Shown: positions 1 to 7,682, numbered from the stretch's first letter. The stretch is 54,648 nt of DNA from an uncultured Mycoplasmatota bacterium (GCA_946490195.1 CAMLWN010000002.1:1-54648), one strand, 5' to 3'. Notes: a model not told the origin generated them from the letters alone. Program-made: numbers and translations.

Positions 1-56
1 TAATACATTCAGTTCTTTTAAATAAGAACTGATTATATTATACAAGGTGAAATAAA

Positions 57-521
57 ATGGAAGATAAAAAAAATATGACTGATGAAGAACTAAAAAATTT
101 AACTGAAGAACAATTGAGAGCACTGATAAACGATACTCTAAATAAATTTGCCTATGTATTTTCATCTGCATCGAAACACATTAGTCAATTAGAAGAATAT
201 AGAAAGAAAGCAAGTTTATCAGGCACTAGAATTGATGAAGTAGATCAAATGCTTGATTACGCTAAACCAAAGTTAAAAAAAGCTCTTGGTGATATTCAAG
301 ATATTGTTGGTGATGTATATGGAATGGATGCTAAAATATTGACTCAAGATAATAAATCATTAGAAATGGAAAAAAGTTATGTTGAAACAATATCCTCTCA
401 AGCAAGACTGCAACAAGAAAATATTCAACGAAGAAGAGATGAAAGATATGAAGAAATGATATCTGAAGCTGAAGAAAAATTAGGCCCTATTGAATCTCCA
501 ATGGATCGATTAAGAAGATAA
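57..521 (+). CDS. hypothetical protein, 154 aa, highly charged and helical-looking
   Basis: Intact ORF with an AAGGTGA Shine-Dalgarno about 7 nt upstream. No recognisable domain. Confidence 0.5.
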   Translation: MEDKKNMTDEELKNLTEEQLRALINDTLNKFAYVFSSASKHISQLEEYRKKASLSGTRIDEVDQMLDYAKPKLKKALGDIQDIVGDVYGMDAKILTQDNKSLEMEKSYVETISSQARLQQENIQRRRDERYEEMISEAEEKLGPIESPMDRLRR

Positions 522-632
522 TTTATTCATTTGAATATTATTCTTATTATTTTAATATGATGTAAAAAATTTTTAATGAGTGATATTTATATCATTCGTA
601 CTATGCAAGAGTTGTAGATATCTACGACACTC

Positions 633-866
633 GCACCAGAGAAGATTTTGCTCGAACTTTTGAGCTTTATTATATATTTTAAAATGTAGAATTAAACGGT
701 TCTACATTTTATTTATATATTTTGACATTTTGTCAAAATATATAGGGAGTTAGAGATTTTGCGTTTGAAAATTATTTACAATTAAAGTTAAATTTATGTT
801 TAAAAATAGTTGCTGAAAAGTTGCTGAAAAGTTGCCGAAAGAATTGATAATTTGAAATGTAATGTA
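633..866. repeat. Copy A of a ~230-bp direct repeat (partner at 2731-2954)
   Basis: About 95% identical to 2731-2954 by eye. Contains the hairpin AAAATGTAGAA/TTCTACATTTT, the 15-bp palindrome TTGACATTTTGTCAA, and 3 tandem 11-mers GTTGCYGAAAA (copy B has 2). Confidence 0.9.
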
Positions 867-920
867 TATACTATAATTGGTAATAATATTTAAAGATGAA
901 TATACAGAGTTAAAAATTCT

Positions 921-964
921 CAGAAAAAAAGATGATTTTAATTAAGAAATCTAATCATCTTTTT
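921..964 (-). terminator. Intrinsic terminator hairpin after the 553-aa ORF
   Basis: AAAGATGATT/AATCATCTTT stem flanked by an A-run and a T-run. It abuts the stop codon at 963. Confidence 0.6.
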
Positions 965-2624
965 AAGTATTAGGTACTAATTTTTTTACTGGTGATTCTT
1001 GTTCACCTTGAGTTGCTATAATCATTAATCGTTCATTGCTATCAATTGATAAAATATTATTGATATTATTTATATTCTTAATATCTATTTTACCAGTTTC
1101 TGAATCAATATTAGCAGTTATCATTAAAGGACCAATTTCACCAGTAAGGGTGTTTAAAAATTCACTTTTGTCATTATGAATAATTTGAATAAGATTTCCT
1201 AGTGCATAGCATTTATGTTGAACAGAATCTAAAATCATTCCACCATTTGCATTTTGTATAATCGTTCGCAATCTATATTCACCATAACTGTTTACAAAGT
1301 GTTTTTTAATACAAATATAATCATTAACAATAAAATAATTAAATTCATGCCAATGAAAATTTAAATCAAATTTTTTATAATCAAAATTGGGAATTATAAT
1401 ATTTAAGTTTTCATCAAAAAAATCCATTTTACTAGTTGAAAAATTTACTCCATAACCATATGGTAATGAAAGATGAAAATGAATATAATCATAATCGATA
1501 TCTCTTATGCAGCCATTTTCTGCATTTAATAATTGTTTGCGTTCATTTCCATTATCTGATGTTCTAATAACAAACATACATTCTTTATTGCTATCAACAC
1601 CTTCATATGAATTAGCAGATACTTTTATAATTGGATCAAAAGCAGCATTATAAAAATGATAATCTTTTACTTCTGAATCTATACTATCCTGTCCTATGTA
1701 TATTGTTGGCTTCCAATATGGATAACCTTCGATACGAATATGAGATATTGATTTTCCTGTATTTAAGTTTATATATAAGTGTTTATTAACCTGTTTTTCA
1801 TCAACTAGATATGGCAAACAAAGTTTTAATGTATCAGAAACTATCTCGTAATCAATAATTTCTTTCAATTCATCGACAACAAATTTATTTACCAATTCAA
1901 AATCAGGAGTATATATTTTTATAATTCCTTTTTCTATAATAATGATATTTCCATTATGATATGTAGGTTTTGAGATTACTTTTTCATTTTTCTCTATAGT
2001 TTTCATATCTAATGTTAAATCTTCGTTAATTTTAACAACACATAATTTGTTTTTCTTTTCGATAACTAAGTGATTGTCACTTAATTCTATCCAACCATCA
2101 ATATCTTTTAAAAGAATTTTGCCATTAGCATTTATCACACATCTTTTATAATCATAAAAATTTGTATAAGAATTACCTTTTTCTCTAAACACATATAAAT
2201 TATTTCCTAAAGACCTTTCGAACTCATAATTACTTGGGGCTGGTAAATATTTTTTTGTTTCAATATCATAGATAGTATTATTCCCACCACCAATTTTCAT
2301 AATAATATGTAATGTTCTATCATCTTGTTTACTTACATGATAGGATTTTTCATCTTCAAATAATACTTCCATAGTCTTTAAATCTACAACACATTGTGAA
2401 TATCCTTTTGTCATAACTGCACAAAATTTATCTCCCATGTTAAACATATCTGATAAATGACTATAATCAGAAACATCATATAAATCCTTACCATCGGTTA
2501 ATATTTTTTGTCCGTTATCTAATATTATAAACAAATAATTATCTACTTTATCCATATCAATTATTTTTATATTTTTGGTGCTAAATTCTTTATTTGGAAT
2601 ATTTTCTAATTCATTATTTAACAT
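963..2624 (-). CDS. hypothetical cytoplasmic protein, 553 aa, possibly a divergent WG-type beta-repeat protein
   Basis: Long intact ORF with no signal peptide. Recurrent segments resemble the spacing of WG beta-repeats (for example YDYKRCVINANGKILLKDIDGWIELSDNHLVIEKKNKLCVVK). This is a weak call made by eye. Confidence 0.6.
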   Translation of the reverse strand: MLNNELENIPNKEFSTKNIKIIDMDKVDNYLFIILDNGQKILTDGKDLYDVSDYSHLSDMFNMGDKFCAVMTKGYSQCVVDLKTMEVLFEDEKSYHVSKQDDRTLHIIMKIGGGNNTIYDIETKKYLPAPSNYEFERSLGNNLYVFREKGNSYTNFYDYKRCVINANGKILLKDIDGWIELSDNHLVIEKKNKLCVVKINEDLTLDMKTIEKNEKVISKPTYHNGNIIIIEKGIIKIYTPDFELVNKFVVDELKEIIDYEIVSDTLKLCLPYLVDEKQVNKHLYINLNTGKSISHIRIEGYPYWKPTIYIGQDSIDSEVKDYHFYNAAFDPIIKVSANSYEGVDSNKECMFVIRTSDNGNERKQLLNAENGCIRDIDYDYIHFHLSLPYGYGVNFSTSKMDFFDENLNIIIPNFDYKKFDLNFHWHEFNYFIVNDYICIKKHFVNSYGEYRLRTIIQNANGGMILDSVQHKCYALGNLIQIIHNDKSEFLNTLTGEIGPLMITANIDSETGKIDIKNINNINNILSIDSNERLMIIATQGEQESPVKKLVPNT

Positions 2625-2730
2625 GATATCACCTGTATCTAATACTATTATACACTATAGTTGTTAAATTTGATTTATATTGTTCATTATTTATAAATTT
2701 GTGAAAAAGTTGGAGATTACTTTCTCAACG

Positions 2731-2954
2731 GCACCAGAGAAGAATTTGCTCGAACTTTTGAGCTTTATTATATATTTTAAAATGTAGAATTAAACGGTTC
2801 TACATTTTATTTATATATTTTGACAAAATGTCAAAATATATAGGGAGTTAGAGATTTTGCGTTTGAAAATTTTTTACATTTAAAGTTAAATTTATATTTA
2901 AAAATAGTTGCCGAAAAGTTGCCGAAAGACTTGATAATTTGAAATATAATGCAT
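2731..2954. repeat. Copy B of the ~230-bp direct repeat (partner at 633-866)
   Basis: Same order of motifs as copy A. The central palindrome reads TTGACAAAATGTCAA, which is the exact reverse complement of the copy A version. It has one fewer 11-mer. Confidence 0.9.
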
Positions 2955-3150
2955 CTAATATATTAGAGAGACTTGCTAACCAATGTCAAGTCTCCTTCCA
3001 CTTTTAAAAGTAAAGGAGAATAGGACCCAATCTAATTAAGTATTCCTAAGTCGATTATGACAAACATTTGTTCTCAAGACAATAATTTATACTAAATTTA
3101 TGACAATTTAAAAAACACACTTGTATAATGACATAATCATTATACGTGTG

Positions 3151-3179
3151 ATAGTAGAAATTTTTCTTCTACTATTTTT
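3151..3179 (+). terminator. Terminator-like hairpin in the ORF-free region upstream of the adhesin gene
   Basis: ATAGTAGAA/TTCTACTAT stem followed by TTTTT. It is preceded by a second hairpin, CACACttGTATAATGA/TCATTATACGTGTG. Confidence 0.45.
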
Positions 3180-3272
3180 AAATAATTTCAAATAGTATAT
3201 AAATATTGTTCATGCTTAACATAGAGTATCAACTCCTTGAGATAGTATTTTTTGTAAAACCTAAATAGAAAC

Positions 3273-3295
3273 TCCTATACTCATAGGATTTTTTT
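3273..3295 (+). terminator. Terminator-like hairpin
   Basis: TCCTAT-actc-ATAGGA followed by T7. Confidence 0.4.
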
Positions 3296-3381
3296 CTTGC
3301 AAATTTTGTCGAACACTTTTTTTAAGAAAAAAAAGGAAATTCATATTTTTTCTTGAATGTATTGATAGAAGGAGAAAAAAT

Positions 3382-5838
3382 ATGAAAAAATTAAGTATTT
3401 TTCTTTTATTCCTTTGCTTGTTAGGAATAAAAGAAGTATATTCGGCTACTATAACCGATCAAATAACAAGCACGTTTTTAGGAGATTATCATTACGTATA
3501 TTCGGATGGTAAATTTGGAGATTTTGAACTTTTTAGAAAAAATAGTAATCAAGATATTGCTTATTGTATTGAGCCCGGTGTTTCAAGACATAAGGGAGAT
3601 TATACTGGGTATTATGGTTTATCTAATGCCGAACTTGCTTTAAAGGCTGGAATCAGTACTCAACAATTAGAAATGATAAGTCTGTTATCCTATTACGGAT
3701 ATGGCTATAAAAATCATACAAGTACAGATTGGGTAGTCGCGACTCAGTCTAAAATTTGGAATGTATTAGGAAAAGAATTTCAATTCACAAGTAAAAATTA
3801 TTCTCCAAATCCATGGCAATACGTTATAAATACTCCATCAAACATTCAGGAAAAATATAATGAATTAGACGTTTTAATAGAAAGACACTACACTAAACCT
3901 AGTTTTGATCGTCAAACGATTTTAATTCCTTATGGAGAATCTTATATCTTGGAGGATACAAATGGAATTTTAAATGAATTTGAAATTAAGAGTTCAACAA
4001 ATTGTACAGTAACTATAGAAAATAATTCACTAATAATCACTCCTAACAATTCAAAAAGTGAAGGTGTTATATACCTTATTAAAAAAAATGATGCTTGGAA
4101 TCGGGAGATTATCCTTTTTCATCATGATACAGGTCAGGATCTTTTAGCAACGGGCGATGTGAAATCTGTAGAAAGCACAATTGTTTTTAAGGCTGTCACG
4201 GGAAAAACCACTTTAAAAAAAGTGGATAAGAGCACTAAAACATGTACACCTCAAGGAGAAGCTTCTTTAGAAGGTGCGGAATATGGTTTATATAAAGAGG
4301 ATGGTACTTTAGTACAAAGTATCAAACTTGAAAACTGTGAAGCTACTATAAGTAATTTGGTTTTAGGAAACTATTATGTAAAAGAATTAAAAGCTCCTCC
4401 AGGATATCAGTTAGATGAGAATAAATACCCATTTTCTATTACTAAAGAAAACTTTCAAAAAACTCAGACTATTTTGGTAGAAGATGAAGTGTTCACAACT
4501 GATTTAGTTATCAACAAACACTATTTGACTAGTGAAGGATTGCTACCAGAAGAAAATACTGAATTTGCTATATTGAATAAAAAAACTGAAAAAGTTCTAT
4601 ATACTTTTAATACAAATGAATTAGGACAAATTCATGTTACTCTTCCCTATGGTGAATATATTATTAGACAAATTTCTGGTTTAGAAAACTATTATAAAAG
4701 CGAAGATATTTTTTTAAATGTAAATGAAACAACTCCTAAGGAAACAACAATTGATCTAATTAATGAACCTTACACTTCAAAGGTTAAAGTTATTAAAAAA
4801 GATAGTACTACAAATGAGAAAATTTATTTAGAAAATATTTCTTTTAAAATTTATGATGTAATCAATAAGAAATACGTTTGTCAAACTGAAGATTGTGTTT
4901 TTAAAACAAACCAAAATGGCGAGTTTATAACAGAAGAACTCTTTCCTTCAACCTATCGTATTGAAGAAATTAAGCAAAATATTAAGGGATACTTATGGAA
5001 TGATGAAACTATTCTTTTTACTGTAGATAAAAATTCACCAGATATTATTGAATTAGAGTTTTTTAATAAACCAGCAAAGGGAAAAATAAAGCTTCAAAAA
5101 ACTAATCAAAAAGATGAGCCTCTAAGTAACGTTGTTTTTACTCTTTATGCTAAAGAAGATATTCTCGAAAATGGGAAAATTATTTATAATAAAGATGAAG
5201 CAATTAAAACATTTCTTACAAATGATTTAGGACAATTTGAAACCAATTTACTTCCTTTAGGAGAATATTATTTTCTAGAATCAAATTCATTGGACGGATA
5301 TATTCCTTTAAAAGATCCTATTTTTGTTTCTTTAAAGTTTCGAGATTCTTTTACAGAAGTAGTTGAATATGAACTTTCAGTTGTTAATAAGCCTAATTAT
5401 AAAGGAAAAATTGTGTTAACAAAAACAGATAATTTAGGTAATCCTTTAGAAAATGTCGGGTTTACTCTTTATGCTAAAGAAGATATTTTTGAAAATGGTA
5501 TAGTTATTTATTATCAAAATGAACGAATTGGCGATTTCTATACGGATTCTTTAGGCCAACTAGAAACATCTTTACTTCCTTTAGGAAAGTACTATTTTAT
5601 TGAGTCAAATCCTATAGTTGGCTATATTTCAACAAATGCACCAATTTTGGCTGAGCTTAAATATAATGATGAAGAGGATTTTATAGTGATTGAACAAATA
5701 GAAATTATAAATGAAATTTTTGAAGTTCCTAATACACATTTAGACGCTACCTTTTTTCCTGCTATTCATGTTTATTTAGAGGAAGACAGTAATGAAAAGA
5801 AAAATAAGCATTTTAGTTTTGTTGCTCGTACTTTGTAG
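3382..5838 (+). CDS. Secreted surface adhesin with an N-terminal thioester-like domain and multiple SpaA/Cna-B type (prealbumin-fold) repeats
   Basis: Signal peptide MKKLSIFLLFLCLLGIKEVYS/A. AYCIEPG and ATQSKIW resemble the Cys and TQxA(I/V)W motifs of thioester domains. Repeated modules of the form GxYxxxExxAPxGY (LGNYYVKELKAPPGYQL, LPLGEYYFLESNSLDGY, LPLGKYYFIESNPIVGY). Two adjacent ~100-aa modules are near-duplicates. Confidence 0.75.
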   Translation: MKKLSIFLLFLCLLGIKEVYSATITDQITSTFLGDYHYVYSDGKFGDFELFRKNSNQDIAYCIEPGVSRHKGDYTGYYGLSNAELALKAGISTQQLEMISLLSYYGYGYKNHTSTDWVVATQSKIWNVLGKEFQFTSKNYSPNPWQYVINTPSNIQEKYNELDVLIERHYTKPSFDRQTILIPYGESYILEDTNGILNEFEIKSSTNCTVTIENNSLIITPNNSKSEGVIYLIKKNDAWNREIILFHHDTGQDLLATGDVKSVESTIVFKAVTGKTTLKKVDKSTKTCTPQGEASLEGAEYGLYKEDGTLVQSIKLENCEATISNLVLGNYYVKELKAPPGYQLDENKYPFSITKENFQKTQTILVEDEVFTTDLVINKHYLTSEGLLPEENTEFAILNKKTEKVLYTFNTNELGQIHVTLPYGEYIIRQISGLENYYKSEDIFLNVNETTPKETTIDLINEPYTSKVKVIKKDSTTNEKIYLENISFKIYDVINKKYVCQTEDCVFKTNQNGEFITEELFPSTYRIEEIKQNIKGYLWNDETILFTVDKNSPDIIELEFFNKPAKGKIKLQKTNQKDEPLSNVVFTLYAKEDILENGKIIYNKDEAIKTFLTNDLGQFETNLLPLGEYYFLESNSLDGYIPLKDPIFVSLKFRDSFTEVVEYELSVVNKPNYKGKIVLTKTDNLGNPLENVGFTLYAKEDIFENGIVIYYQNERIGDFYTDSLGQLETSLLPLGKYYFIESNPIVGYISTNAPILAELKYNDEEDFIVIEQIEIINEIFEVPNTHLDATFFPAIHVYLEEDSNEKKNKHFSFVARTL

Positions 5839-6322
5839 TTTTTTACAATTTGAAAAAAATGTAAATAATACAACAATTGGAACCTCACTTCCGCTTTACA
5901 TATCAACTATTCCTATAAAAAACACAAAGCAAGAAACAGAAAAAGAAGCAACTTTAGAAATTAGCAAAATTTCTTTAAAACAACCTTATTATCCGACAAC
6001 ATCTTCTTTAAATACTGTAGATAAAGGTATTGAACAGCTTAGTAATTGTAAACCTAGTGAAAATTGTACTATTGTCCTAGCGGCTCATTCAGGAACAAGT
6101 AAAATTTCCTATTTTAAAAATTTAAATAATTTAACTAAAAACGATGAAGCTAAAATTTATTATAAAGATAAAACATATTCTTATCGATTAATAGAAATTC
6201 TTTATCAAGAAAAAACTGGTTTTATTACGATACCCAAAAACACTTATGATTTAGTCTTAACTACTTGCAATACAGAAAAAGAAAATATTCAAAACATCTA
6301 TTTATTTGTAAAAACAAACTAG
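5792..6322 (+). CDS. Small sortase-like transpeptidase, 176 aa, membrane anchored
   Basis: N-terminal anchor KRKISILVLLLVLCSF. His motif IVLAAHSG and Cys motif LVLTTC. GAGGAAG Shine-Dalgarno. The start overlaps the adhesin 3' end by 47 nt. Confidence 0.65.
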   Translation: MKRKISILVLLLVLCSFLQFEKNVNNTTIGTSLPLYISTIPIKNTKQETEKEATLEISKISLKQPYYPTTSSLNTVDKGIEQLSNCKPSENCTIVLAAHSGTSKISYFKNLNNLTKNDEAKIYYKDKTYSYRLIEILYQEKTGFITIPKNTYDLVLTTCNTEKENIQNIYLFVKTN

Positions 6323-6422
6323 ATGTTTTTTTAATAACAAAAGTGTAAGAAAGTTTTAATAAAGTTTTTGCTATAATGGTAATAACCAAACAAGTGCACA
6401 TTTGGCTGAAAGGAATTTGATT

Positions 6423-6652
6423 ATGAAAGAAATATTAAAAATCAATCATTTAAAAAAATACTATGGTTCAAAAACAAACATTACCAAAGAAAAGGTTTTA
6501 CTGGGAGTAACCGAGCAAAAAAATATGCCACAGGTATGGGATTATATTTAGCTAAAAAGTTATCAGAAAGCTTAAACATTCATTTAAAAATCGAATCAAA
6601 ATATCAAGAATTTACAAAAGTTATTCTAGAATTTTCTCTTCAAAAAAAATAA
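6423..6652 (+). pseudogene. Deletion scar in which the first ~20 codons of an ABC ATPase are joined out of frame to the last ~55 codons of a BceS/MbrD-type histidine kinase
   Basis: Frame 0 reads MKEILKINHLKKYYGSKTNITK (typical ABC ATPase N-terminus) with a TGcTATAAT promoter and an RBS upstream. From ~6485 a different frame reads QRKGFTGSNRAKKYATGMGLYLAKKLSESLNIHLKIESKYQEFTKVILEFSLQKK* (kinase G2 box and C-terminus). Confidence 0.7.
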
Positions 6653-6686
6653 TAACTTAACATATAATTTATGATATAATATAAAT

Positions 6687-6793
6687 GTCAAAGATATTGA
6701 CATAAAAAAGGGAATACTTAACATTCGATGGTTGAGTACTCACCTTAAGGTTGATAAGTACTTAATTCATCACGAATTGAGTACTATTTTTTT
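6687..6793 (+). ncRNA. Candidate antisense sRNA (putative antitoxin), copy 1; ends are approximate
   Basis: Extended -10 TGATATAAT at 6672-6680. The transcript would end at the hairpin AGTACTTAATTC-atcac-GAATTGAGTACT plus T7 (6757-6793), which overlaps the stop codon of the convergent peptide ORF. Confidence 0.5.
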
Positions 6794-6873
6794 ATTAAAA
6801 TTATCAATAAAGATAAAATCAACAACAGATTAGTTAAGAGTAAAAAGGTAATTAGTAAATCCTTTTTCTTCAT
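6784..6873 (-). CDS. 29-aa hydrophobic peptide MKKKDLLITFLLLTNLLLILSLLIILIKK (candidate type I toxin), copy 1
   Basis: Strong Shine-Dalgarno GAAAGGAGAAG upstream of the ATG. A single TM-like core has charged ends. The copy at 7114-7203 encodes the identical peptide, and the only 3 nucleotide differences are synonymous. Confidence 0.6.
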   Translation of the reverse strand: MKKKDLLITFLLLTNLLLILSLLIILIKK

Positions 6874-6935
6874 AACTTCTCTTCTCCTTTCAAAAAGAAG
6901 ATAAGTACTCATGTGCTAAATATTCCCTTAAGCCA

Positions 6936-6964
6936 AATATAACATATACCTTCTATAATTGCAA
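6936..6964 (-). promoter_or_regulatory. Sigma-A type promoter for peptide copy 1
   Basis: TTGCAA, then a 17-bp spacer ending in TG, then TATATT. The predicted start is near 6929. Confidence 0.5.
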
Positions 6965-7013
6965 ATAGCAAAAAAATAGAATAAAAACAAAGAATTTATG
7001 ATATAATGAAATT

Positions 7014-7123
7014 GTCAAAAGAAATGACATAAAAAAGGGAATACTTAACATTCGCTGGTTGAGTACTCACCTTATAGTTTAAGTGAAGTACTTAATTCAT
7101 CACGAATTGAGTACTATTTTTTT
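7014..7123 (+). ncRNA. Candidate antisense sRNA (putative antitoxin), copy 2; ends are approximate
   Basis: TGATATAAT at 6999-7007 and an identical terminator hairpin plus T7 at 7087-7123. Confidence 0.5.
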
Positions 7124-7203
7124 ATCAAAATTATCAATAAAGATAAAATCAATAACAGATTAGTTAAGAGTAAAAAGGTGATTAGTAAATCCTTTTTCTT
7201 CAT
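7114..7203 (-). CDS. 29-aa hydrophobic peptide (candidate type I toxin), copy 2
   Basis: Peptide identical to copy 1, with the same Shine-Dalgarno. Confidence 0.6.
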   Translation of the reverse strand: MKKKDLLITFLLLTNLLLILSLLIILIKK

Positions 7204-7267
7204 AACTTCTCTTTTCTCCTTTCAAAAAGAAGATAAGTACTCATTTGTTAAATATTCCCTCAAGTAA

Positions 7268-7296
7268 AATATAACATAAACAAACTAGGTTTTCAA
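7268..7296 (-). promoter_or_regulatory. Sigma-A type promoter for peptide copy 2
   Basis: TTGAAA, then a 17-bp spacer ending in TG, then TATATT. Confidence 0.5.
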
Positions 7297-7316
7297 ATTT
7301 ATAGAAAGGACATAAT

Positions 7317-7682
7317 ATGTTAGAAACAAATGAAATTTTAGAAAAATTAAGTAAATCAAAATTTAGAAATAGCGTTCACCTAAAGGATAAAGAAAAAAAT
7401 TATATCAAAGAAAAAGGAATGGATACAATAGAAAGACATGCGAAAGATTTTATCTCAAAAAGACTAGCCCCAACAAATCCTTTAAATGATGGAAAACAAA
7501 CACCTATGAAAGGACATCCTGTTTTTATAGCTCAACATGCTACAGCAACATGTTGTCGAAGTTGTCTTTACAAATGGCATCATATTCCTAAAAATAAAGA
7601 ATTAACGACCTCAGAACAAACCTATATCATAAATATAATTATGACTTGGATAAAAAAAGAATTAGCTCATAAAACAAGCTAA
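7317..7682 (+). CDS. DUF4186-family protein, 121 aa
   Basis: GHPVFIAQHATATCCRSCLYKWHHIP matches my recollection of the DUF4186 core. Confidence 0.65.
   Translation: MLETNEILEKLSKSKFRNSVHLKDKEKNYIKEKGMDTIERHAKDFISKRLAPTNPLNDGKQTPMKGHPVFIAQHATATCCRSCLYKWHHIPKNKELTTSEQTYIINIIMTWIKKELAHKTS

Larger units (their letters stand above)
6666..6946. repeat. Tandem unit 1 of the small-peptide/antisense module
   Basis: Aligns to 6993-7278 (period ~330 bp), with over 90% identity by eye and a few small indels. Confidence 0.9.
6993..7278. repeat. Tandem unit 2 of the small-peptide/antisense module
   Basis: See unit 1. Confidence 0.9.

Noticed and set aside
5700-5838. Canonical LPXTG cell-wall sorting signal at the adhesin C-terminus, possibly hidden by a frameshift into the sortase frame.
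   Set aside because: No LPXTG-like pentapeptide occurs in any forward frame here. The hydrophobic segment in the other frame belongs to the sortase-like protein's own N-terminal anchor, which has its own RBS. Only the weak candidate VPNTH remains, and it is reported as a finding.
6708-6929. The 13-bp inverted repeats AAGGGAATACTTA / TAAATATTCCCTT interpreted as terminal inverted repeats of a MITE.
   Set aside because: The duplicated unit extends ~40 bp beyond the left repeat and ~17 bp beyond the right one, and includes promoter-like boxes on both strands. The enclosed ORF shows only synonymous changes. RNA-level 5'-3' pairing fits better, but the MITE alternative is kept as the refutation scenario.
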